Positions 9,761 through 19,295 of a stretch of DNA of 39,778 nucleotides are shown here, one piece after another (within the stretch, counting starts at the first letter, position 1; each line of letters opens with the position of its first letter). Source of the stretch: Mesotaenium endlicherianum. Its lineage: Eukaryota. The stretch covers positions 455,599 to 495,376 of the forward strand of contig WELA01003469.1 of assembly GCA_009602735.1 (NCBI GenBank). Direction: 5' to 3'. The notes below the pieces were generated by a model. It was given only the letters and a program-made list of their open reading frames with translations. It was not told the DNA's origin and ran no database searches. A program made the translations under genes and the position numbers.

Positions 9761-11713
9761 CTATTCTTCTTGTTGCTGGTGTGCCGTCCTGATAGCTCTT
9801 TGATTATATATTAGTACCACATTGACTCCAATTGTCACTGGTCTTGTCCTCGGCATAGGCTTGTCAGTCAAAGTCAGCTGCTGCCATGTCATGATTGTTT
9901 CCACCAACCAAGTCATAGAGTGTTGCCCAATCATGTTGCCGAAAATCTTTGCAGCTTCATCTGACCCTACAGCACCGGCTATATGTCGACCTATGTTGTC
10001 GGGTATTCCAAGGCATTTGCCCTTCTCCACCGCAGTAGGCTCTCTCCAAACGGCGTTTCTTTCATGCATATCTTTGACCATTCCTGGTCCACCTTCTATG
10101 AAGGCTCGGGATCTTGGATATGCTGTGAAGGTTGGCAGCACCACCCTTGGCTGACCTGGTTCATTGATGACACACTGTGGATAGGAATCCCTCCTGGCCA
10201 CTGGTCTGGTATGCACCGCCAGTGCTTTTTCCACTGTCAATGCCGTTGGTGATCGCTGTGTAATGTCCTCCATCTCCCTCAGGACCTCAATAGACATGCC
10301 ATTGGTCCAAAATATCCTGGCCCTATGGGATAATCCTTTGTGCTTGGCGTCGTTGATTAGCACATGATGGCCCAAAGTGGAGTCGAAAATCAGCCATGGT
10401 TCTCCCGGCTTCATCTGCTTGTAATCCATTCTTGGATGCACATTCTCAATCACTAACACTGGTGGGTAGTAGTGCTGTCGTTCCAGCAGCATGCTGATGA
10501 TTTTCACCATCCATCCCCAGTGTTGTGCTCGTGGATCACTGAATCCCCTCCGGTTTCCAACTTGAGAAAACGGTTGACAAGGAAATCCAGCAAAGATCCA
10601 GTCACTCTTGTAGCCATACAGGTGTTCAGGCTTCACATCGATAATGTTGCCTCCGGCGATGCGCTCGACATTGCTATATGCGGGCGCCAATCCTTTATAC
10701 TGATGCATTTGCCGCACCTTACTATTGACTTCTCTGAATGCTAGAAAAGCGTGGTCGTCATTGTCCACATACAAAACTTTGGCCACCTCTATTCCTCGCT
10801 GGATCAATGCTATGGTCCTAGACCCAAGTCCGGCGAATAATTCCAACACCATTACTCCCCTTTTGCGAAAAGGATCTTCCATCCTGACAATGCCTTGCGG
10901 CAGCGGCTCAACTCCAGGCATCAGATTTGCAGTGGAGGTAACTGGGTAAGGTACTGGCAGCAACTCTTGCGGGTCGCGATCCCTATTACTCACAGTTTCC
11001 AACTGCTTCATGATTTGGGGTTGCCACACGAAGAGGGTTGGCATGTTGATATTTGTATAGCCTTTCTCTTCTTGCTTCATGATGTTGTCGGCGGCTTCTG
11101 GGTACCTGTCGTTAACGCAGCAGTCTAGCACGTAATTTACTTCTCCTGTGCAAACCATTTTCACAGGAATTTCTCCTGCCGGCTGCCGATCTGTTGACTG
11201 GTAAGTCACCCTTCGCTTCCGCAGATCAATGACCATACCCAAGGGAATCAGTGCTTCTGTTCCCAAGAGAACATCATAGTTCTCTGCCTCCGTTACTGTG
11301 CACTCCATGAGTAGTGACGCCTCTTCAGGTTTCCCTGGATCTACTGTGATTTTCACAGGCTTGCGGGTAATCCCACAAGACTTTGAGACTTGTCCTAAGG
11401 CAATTCTCAATTGGAAAGGACTCCCTTTCAGGTCCCTTGCCGTCAATCCTAGAGCTTTCACAGCTCGCTTTCCCCAAAAGACTGGCTGTGCGCTTGTATC
11501 CAACAGAATGTTGGGAGCTGCCCAGTTGTTGAAGATTAATGCACCATCCCTATTTTGCACTCTCACGGTGCTAAAATTGGTGGGCAATGAGGCGCTATTC
11601 GCACTTTCCTCAGCTATATCCAGCTGATGTCCGGCTTCTTCAACCGTGAATGGGTAAGTGATATGCAAATCAGCGAGAGAAAGCAAAGGAGCATGCTGGA
11701 TCCGGTGTTCCAC
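9761..11713 (-). CDS. Retrotransposon aspartic protease fused to a C5-cytosine DNA methyltransferase domain (650 uninterrupted codons of pol)
   Basis: Protease: ILLDTSAQ (D-T-G variant) ... YDVLLGTE, ~11200-11530. DNMT at ~9895-10860: motif I VLELFAGLG, II YVDND, III GNIIDV, IV FAGFPCQPFS, VI VIENV, VIII HRARIFWTN, IX REPTAVEKGKCLGIP, X IFGNMI. Confidence 0.93.
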   Translation of the reverse strand: MEHRIQHAPLLSLADLHITYPFTVEEAGHQLDIAEESANSASLPTNFSTVRVQNRDGALIFNNWAAPNILLDTSAQPVFWGKRAVKALGLTARDLKGSPFQLRIALGQVSKSCGITRKPVKITVDPGKPEEASLLMECTVTEAENYDVLLGTEALIPLGMVIDLRKRRVTYQSTDRQPAGEIPVKMVCTGEVNYVLDCCVNDRYPEAADNIMKQEEKGYTNINMPTLFVWQPQIMKQLETVSNRDRDPQELLPVPYPVTSTANLMPGVEPLPQGIVRMEDPFRKRGVMVLELFAGLGSRTIALIQRGIEVAKVLYVDNDDHAFLAFREVNSKVRQMHQYKGLAPAYSNVERIAGGNIIDVKPEHLYGYKSDWIFAGFPCQPFSQVGNRRGFSDPRAQHWGWMVKIISMLLERQHYYPPVLVIENVHPRMDYKQMKPGEPWLIFDSTLGHHVLINDAKHKGLSHRARIFWTNGMSIEVLREMEDITQRSPTALTVEKALAVHTRPVARRDSYPQCVINEPGQPRVVLPTFTAYPRSRAFIEGGPGMVKDMHERNAVWREPTAVEKGKCLGIPDNIGRHIAGAVGSDEAAKIFGNMIGQHSMTWLVETIMTWQQLTLTDKPMPRTRPVTIGVNVVLIYNQRAIRTAHQQQEE

Positions 11714-11795
11714 CAGGGCCTTCAGCTTCTCCAGCGAAAAACTAAATGTCTTACGAGTCCCGGGCCTGGCTTGTCGTAGCTGCGAGATCTCATTT

Positions 11796-13637
11796 TCATC
11801 CAGAGTGATCCGAAAAGTCTGAGGAAGCTTCTAAACATTCCTTGGCACCAGACAATTGTGATCTGCTTGCTTGGCAGCCGTTGCGTCCACAGCCTTTGCA
11901 GGCATCAGCTTTGCAGACGGTCTTTTCTGCAATACCTGCATGATAGTAGACAATGGGCGCGTATAGTTTTGCAAACTGAGCTTTCAACTCAGCGATTTCT
12001 GCACTCATAGCTTCATACTTCTGGTTACCCTTGCGGTTACCAGAGCCACCCTTTTCTTTCTTTTTTTCCTTGTCTGCCTCTTCCATGGCAGCATTTGCCC
12101 ATGGTGGTTTTAAATTTGGGTTCTTTAGACCAGCACTCATCTTCTGAATGTCCCTTCTTGCTGCAATGTGCCATATCTGTGCCTTGCTAACAGATAATTG
12201 CTTAGCATCTGGGTACGGACAATCCCTCTTTTGATGTCCTAATTTCCCGCAATTCCAACAACTCTCTGCTGTTTCAGTAGTGTTGGCATGCTTAGCAAAC
12301 TTATTGAAAAACCCGCTCTTTTTTTTAAATTGAAAATTAGAGCTGTTGGCCTTAGGCGGAAAGGATTCCTCCCTCCTCCCAGGAGCCATAAGCGTCCTGG
12401 AAGCCTCTTTGTACCACACTTTACCTTCTTCGACATTGCGTGCTATTTCAATCGCCTCGTCGATGTCCCAATCAATCCCGTGCTTTGCGGACAGATGTGG
12501 CCTGACTTCACAATCTGTTTCCTTGCCCAAGCACAACAAAAACTTGTCAACCACTATTCTGGGCTTGTATATTTTTGCCTTTTTGGCGAGGTCTACCAAT
12601 CTAGATTTAACCTCCATGAGTGTCTCGTTCTTCTGACGGACAAAATGCACATAACGGTGCACCTTAAGACTGCAATCCTCTGGGACTCGTGCTTCAAGCA
12701 ACTTAAAGAAACGGCGCAGACAATGCTTGGGGTCTAGCTGGTCATCTCCAGCCTCCATATCCTTACGACAGCTAGCCAAGGCTTGCACATGGCTTGCCTC
12801 TGTCGTGGCGCTATCGCCTTGATGACCATGGAGAGGTGCAGCTCTGCGGGTTACTCGAACCTGAGCATTAGCAATCTATTCAGACAATTCTGCACACACT
12901 TTTCGCAACTCTGCGACAGAGCCGGCATCATCGCTCTGAGTAGCAGCCCTTCGCTGACCCTCAGTGAGTTGTCTCATCGCCTCTGTTGATTCTTGTGTTA
13001 GTGCAGCTAAGTCTATGCTCTCAACAGGTGCAGTTGTCACTGATCTTCCTGAAGATAGAGCAGACATTCGGGCTTTCGCAGTCTCTTTCTGGATTTTCAA
13101 ATCCCTTGCCCTTTTCTGTTCTGCAAAGGCCCATTCCTGGGTGAGATCCTCATCCTTCCGGAATTGGCGATATATCAGCAAGGCATCCTTGTCCAAGTAC
13201 TGAACCAAGCCTATAAATGCGACAGATTGCGTATAAGAAATATCCTTCCGAATCTTCTCAAATAATTTTGCCCAATAGATTTCATCAAACTCTTCAAAAG
13301 TGAGACCGTTTCCGCTGGTTCGTCCGCTAAAGCACTTTGCAGACAGCTTGAATTTAGAATTTTCATCCCGATCATCACCGGCCATTTTGAACGGTGACCA
13401 GGACTCACTGACTCTTCCCCACACGTCTTGCTCTCTGCCCAAATCAGGTGCAAAGGCTCGTGTGTTATCCGGGTTCTCACCGCTTGCGGAGATATGACGA
13501 GACTCGTCTCTCGACGGTTGCTCATTCCACCGGTTGTCAATATGCTCAGACGTCTCACTTCCTCGTAGACTCTGGCTAGAATCAGAACTTTCCACAGGCT
13601 CCACAGAGTGGTACAGTCTTCCACTCCTCAACCGCAT
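11796..13637 (-). pseudogene. gag: Gag of element 1 (one in-frame TAG at 12876; single CCHC knuckle)
   Basis: Likely start MRLRSGRLY at 13637. ORFs 12876-13739 and 11796-12788 share a frame. FVRQKNETL..RL..L gag-like motif and CWNCGKLGHQKRDC. The frame changes before the protease ORF (~11900-12060). Confidence 0.87.
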
Positions 13638-14131
13638 ATACAGTTGAATTTCTCCGGGTCCCCTTCCAGGTTGAACACTGGCAGCCTTCACAGGCCTCAA
13701 TCCCCACCTAACTTGGGAATTCTTGTTCACCTGAACCAATCAACAAGTTCTCAGAAGTAGGACAGAAGTGTCTTATTTCCACACAGGTTTCCGCCGAAGT
13801 TGAGGGTTTACAGAATGAACAAGTTTTGTGGTTTGCAGAAATCACGTGTAAGCAGCTTAACAGGCAATGCCAATTTCAGAGAAAATCGCCCCTCAAGGCT
13901 TTCGCTTAACTTCCACAAGTCACAGCTTACAAAACTCTGAAACTGCACATCTATGCTGGCCTGTCTGAGCTCTTCACTCAACACCGCGCCTTAACAGCTC
14001 TTCACTGCTCGGCTGGGCTCACTCAGTTCTTCATTGAGAGCTTTACTTGTTAAGACTACTCTTGCTATCAGCAATTCGACAATTGAGACTTCTGAGAACT
14101 TAGAAACTAACACAGTACTCACCATTTTAAG

Positions 14132-14973
14132 TGTCCCTCACACGCTTGTGGCGTTTGACCCAAATCTGTGCTAATCTCCTAACAGATTCTATTCTGCAGC
14201 TCTCTACTTTCTACCAGCGAGATCCTCTCTTGGGAACTCCTAAGGTCTAACCTTTCTATGATACACTTAGGAAGAAATCTTCCAACGTCGGCAGAAGCGT
14301 GGCGTCTCGGTTCTTCTATGGCCTTGGGAACTCCTTCTTCTTCGTGCTCCCTCCGCTTCTTCAACTTCTTTTGACAACGATGCGAGCAAGAATGAGGCAG
14401 CTTCAGGCAGGACTCGTGCCTTTCACAGGCACCACACATTATCCTCTCTCGAGAATGCCAGTGCTTAGTCCCAGTGCTTAGCTTGCATGCCGTCCTTACC
14501 TAACAGGTCTCACACAGCTTAGGAGTTGTCATACTGCATGCATGCATGTCTTGGGATTGTCGCGCGTGGCTGCTTAGCCCTTCAGCTGACAATCATGCCT
14601 ATGTGGCTGGCTGACAGCGTTCAGAATGAACGTTCAAACCGTGACTAGTCACCTGAGGGTCTTGGCCGAGGTGGCACACAACGCTTCTGCAACATCCCTG
14701 CCATACTTGGCTTAGATAGCCAATTAATCAGTACCTTTCCGAGCACTTGCTGGTTCCACTCCTAGCCTTTCGGCTGACTACTCCGTCCAAATCCCCATCC
14801 ATCCCTGGGTTTGACGTGTCGTGACCACTTTGGCAGTGATAACGACTTTGACATGACCGCTGACTGAGGTCACTCTGTCCTTTGGTCGGTTAGTCAACGC
14901 TGACTTCCCGTACCTGGGCGGCCGTGGCTTGCGCTGTACGTGCGGTACCGTCAAACGGGTAGCAGTCGCGACA
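14132..14973 (-). repeat. Putative 5' LTR of element 1 (~840 bp), followed by a PBS-like TGGTGAGTAC at ~14115-14124
   Basis: Minus strand starts TGTCGCGA at 14973 and ends ...GGGACA at 14132. The length matches the element 2 LTR and the same TGGTGAG follows it. The 7-nt spacer is long and no second LTR is available, so boundaries are tentative. Confidence 0.45.
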
Positions 14974-15804
14974 GCTCTGCCCCGCTCGTCCTTTCTATCC
15001 AGCGTACGAAGGCGCATGCATGAAGCTCATATAATAGAGGGCATGTACGGAACAACAGAATACAACAAAGAGCAATATCAAGCTCGAACTATGAACGGCA
15101 CAACGATGGCAAGTTGCAACGAAGAAGACCAACGACGGAAATTTCGCACGTTGTCGGGACGCTTGACTCGCCAGCCGCGATCTGCCAGAACCAGAACCAG
15201 CCAGAACCACTCCGTACCTTCAGAATACAACGGTGTCGTCCAACGTCCATGTGCATGGAATCTGTTGAGAATCGTGCAATGCCGTCCAACTACTCCTTGA
15301 TTCGTACGGAGTGTCTTTGATATTTCCATAAAAATTCCGTGTCTTGATCGTCGTTACCAACTCCACGTCTACCAAGAGCAAGCGGTAAAGTGCCTCGATG
15401 CGTGCACGCGGCAAGCCTGCGCTTCAACTAGCTCTACCACATCTTACAACGCGATTCGCAGCACCTCGAAGGAGCCCACCTTCCTGTCTTCTGCTAGCGA
15501 CTACTGCCAAGTTCGGGATCTGCATACACGCCCAGGCACACACAGGCATAACCTTATCGCACATTTAGTAAACACTTTCATGTCAGCTTGGGTGTGAATT
15601 TCGTCACCAGCAGGTGACGTCGTATATTTGCAGGGTGGTGACTGGTAGAGTATGGTCCTTATTATTTAGCCATCTTCCTTACCACATCAATTTAGCGGAC
15701 ATATTGTTCAAGGATCGTGCGAACTTTGTTTGAGTGTAATTATAAGAGCTTTACACATAGGCAGTGGCAGTGGGTGTTATTGTCTGATCAAGCGTCAAGG
15801 TGTT

Positions 15805-17831
15805 ATGGCGACCCTGCAATTACCAGCGCTAGGGCTAGGACTAGCAGCGGCATGTCATGGTCAGTCGCCAGCATCAAGGGTGGGTGATATATGTGTAGCA
15901 AGAGATTCATGTGCAGTGGTTCTTAATCCCCCTCAAATGTCCATAGAGTTGCGGACTAAATGTCAACACGGGGCCTCCACTTTGAGGAGTCGAAGTCACT
16001 CTTCGCAGCGCTCATCACTACAGGATGTGTTACATGAGTCTGTGAGATTGTCATCGTGTAGGAGTAGGGCCTTTGGTAGCGAAGCACGAAGAGGGTTAGT
16101 ATCAAGTTCAGGGATTGATATTGGCCACATATTTAAGCGTCAGCAGGAAGTTTTCATTGCCCAGGCCGTAGAAGCACCAGAAGAGGCGTTGCACGAAGAT
16201 GACGCCGAGAGGCTCAGGCAATGGGGTGCAAGGTCTTTTAGTGAAGGGTTCATGCCGGCCGCTCCTCTTCCTATGGTGAAGCCTCCTAAAAACCGCGCTG
16301 ATGATATTTCTCTTCATAATCCCCTCCGAAGATTGGAGCGGATGGGTTGTGGCTGGCTTGCAGTGATTTTCGAATGGGAAGGTGTCATTGTAGAGGACGA
16401 CGTAAAGGTTGAGAGACAAGCGTGGGCTGCCCTAGCCGAAGAAGAAGGCAGGCCTCAACCTATGGCCTTCGTTTTGCACCGAGCAGAGGGCATGAAGAAC
16501 GAACAGGCTATTTCGGAGGTCTTTTGCTGGACTCGGGATTACAAACAGATGAAAAGATTGTCCTTACGGAAGGAGGAGTTGTACGAAGAGATGCAAGGTG
16601 GTTGCTACCGCTTGCGTCTTGGTGCCAAGGAATTTGTTGAAACTTTGAAGAACTACAATGTTCCAATTATGGTAGCTTCTACTCGCCCAAGAAAACATTT
16701 AGAGCGTGCCATTGAAGCTGTGGGCATGGAAGGTTTCTTCAATGACGTTCTGGCGTCCGAGGACGTTTTCAGAGGAAAGCCAGACCCTGAAATGTTTCAG
16801 GTGAGATTTGTTCATGCCTGTATGATAATTTTGAGAAACTTTAGTGTGTCTATGTGGTTTCGTTATGAGGAGAGCTGGTATCCTTTTTGCAATCCCTTTT
16901 CATGACCCGCTACAGACACAAGGGAGGAGTTGCAGTGCGCCATGAGTCCTATCTGCGTTCTAGGTCGTCAGCAGGGTTTGTTTGTGCTCTAGTGAGAAGG
17001 ATCATCAAGATCTTATATCCATGTGATCCAAGAGGCTAGATAGTTGTGGCCTTTTCTGGCTTTTAATGCCAAATGTTGCAATGTTATGCATAATTTGTTT
17101 TGGAGTGTGGGACAACATCTATGAGTTTCTGCTGTCCATCTCTAGGTTATTGTAATGTCGGCGTTAATGTCGAAGACTGTTCATGATTCGTGGTGCTGCA
17201 TGCATAACCTCTTGAAGTTATTTTGTGGTGCTTGTGCAGTATGCTGCTGAGAGATTAGGTTTTATTGCGGAACGCTGTATAGTTATCGGGAACTCCAACA
17301 AGAGCATCGAAGCTGCTCACGATGCCTTGATGAAGGTAAGTAAGGCTGGGTTTTTTACCTAAGTGCCAGTCTTTAGTCAAGTATATGTTTATGTGTGTAA
17401 CCATGGTGGTGGGATAGGAGTTAATTTTTGTTGTAGTTGCTGGAATTGGTATGAATGTTGTGAGGTTGATAAATACATGTCAGATCAGACACTGAAAATG
17501 CGCTGCTTGTCTATGTCATGGAAAGTGAAGGCCAAGCTTTATCAGGGATGGTTTTTTGATTGGCCATGCCAGCGGGCCCCTATTTACTTACTTTGCCTGT
17601 GGGAATGTGCTTCAGTGTGTCGCTGTCGTTGGAAAACATCCCGGATATGAACTCAACGCAGCCGACCTTGTCGTGAGAAGGCTGGATGATCTATCTTTTG
17701 TGGATCTGAAGAATCTGGCGGACCTTGAATCACCTGAGTTCCTTCCACCTGATTATGCTCAACTGGAAGCTGAACCCGAGGAGGAAATAGTGCTGCCCTC
17801 CACTGGCCTTGCCGTGATGGATAGGGAATAG
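15805..17831 (+). CDS. PYRP2: Chloroplast HAD-superfamily phosphatase, PYRP2/At4g11570-like (riboflavin-pathway ARPP phosphatase); exons 15805-16800, 17240-17335, 17616-17831 (~435 aa)
   Basis: SLHNPLRRLERMGCGWLAVIFEWEGV, VASTRPR, RGKPDPEMF|YAAERLGFIAERCIVIGNSN..IEAAHDA.MK|CVAV..KHPGYEL.AADLVV. GT-AG phase-0 introns and a Ser/Arg-rich transit-peptide-like N-terminus. Confidence 0.9.
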
Positions 17832-19295
17832 CAGGCATGTCTTTTAAAATGGGCATGATTATCTTGCCCTAGACTACTGCAGGTGCCCTTCTAGGTCGGG
17901 AGGAGAAATGAGTTCGTGATTTTGAGCGTTATCTCAAAGCAAGACAGGACAAGGAAAAGGCACTACATGCTCCTGACCTATTTTGCCACCTATTTGTACA
18001 TAGAATGTGTCTAGACTGCTATAGAACATGTTGAAGATAAGGAGTCTTTAACTCTTGCTTGTCAATAGTGCAAATGGTAATTTCTTTCTGGGAGTATGCC
18101 CAGCTAAATATCATAGCATGATTGTTAGGGATAGGCTACCTCATTTGAATTGTGGTTAGCCTGTATTTGTACATTCTAGATTTGAACACTGGAGACAATG
18201 AGTTCTCTTTTTAACTTGTGCCTGCTCCTCTTTATGTGTGTTGGTTTTTGTTATGTGATGTTTTCATTGTTATGTGATGTCCTTCCCGGTGTCTACCTCG
18301 CGCATGCCGTACTTCATTGAATCTCTGTGACGCATGTGCTTGGTCTACCTTTTTATTAGTAATCTGTTTGTACTGATCGGTCTGTGGACGTGACAGTATT
18401 TTGCAATCACGATGAATGTGAGAAGTGAGACGTCAAAGTTTTCGTCTACTTACCAAGAGATTCTTATTTCGCACAAGTTTATTGACCTTGTTGCTTTCAC
18501 CATGTTGAAGTACCGTTTGCCTAAGGAAATGGCTCTATAACTTGGACATCCATGCTAAATAAAGATCCAAAGTGTAGCAAATGACATACTCAAATTACAC
18601 TCAAATATAGATTTAAAACAGAGTATAGGTCACTCATACAATAAAGGGAACCTGAATTATGAACAGAAAGCAACAGCTCAAGTATTAAGCAAGCGGGAAA
18701 AATCTAATTGCTGCCAAAAATTGATAATTGTTGTCCGAATATACTACCTTGCTTTGACAATTGGGAGCTCAAGTCATAAGACCCTTGGATAACACATGAA
18801 CTCCCATAATAGGTGACTAAAAGATCCAAGTGCACGATCCTGTCGACTGTAATTCTCTTTGTTGTGTGATCCCGGTGAAACCGTGCACAACATGCCGGTG
18901 ACACCCCCCTTGGTGACTTCTTTCCACCTCCATCACACCCCCATCTCCAAGCCTTACTAAATTATCACTCGAGGCGTATTTAAGTAACACTACCCTCGAG
19001 CTCCACTATGCCACGTCAGGTCCCCACATCACAAAGGACAAGCAAAACAAATGTACATTCCTTGCCCCAAAAACACGCGTATCTAACAGCTTCCTATAAT
19101 ACAAGAACCTTCATCCTCCGTTACCCCCCTCATGGTTGCGAAGGCCTCCAACTGCTCCAGTCTCGGCCTCCCACGGGCATGCAGCAGCCGTGAGGAGGTG
19201 GATCTCCGCAGGGGGATCCCACACAACGGCACTTAATGAACAGGCAGCCTAGCCTGTCGTGCTTTTTCATGAGCCTTCCGCTCTCGCTTCAGACA

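Larger units (their letters stand above)
4161..14973 (-). mobile_element. Ty3/Gypsy LTR retrotransposon 'element 1' carrying a C5-cytosine DNA methyltransferase; degenerate, 3' end displaced by element 2
   Basis: Minus-strand domain order gag(CCHC), protease, DNMT, linker, RT (YIDD), RNase H, integrase (HHCC plus core). RT-RH-INT order is diagnostic of Ty3/Gypsy. The right boundary is inferred. Confidence 0.93.

Noticed and set aside
9761..11713. Bacterial restriction-modification methyltransferase or contaminant
   Set aside because: It is fused to a retroviral-type protease and colinear with gag and RT-RH-INT, there is no partner nuclease, and the flanking genes contain introns.
15185..15210. 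Short (CCAGAA)n repeat as a telomeric or regulatory element
   Set aside because: Only about 4 imperfect units, with no supporting context.
16369..16386. HAD motif I reads FEWEG instead of DxD, suggesting a dead enzyme
   Set aside because: EWEG is the normal signature of the At4g11570/PYRP2 subfamily.
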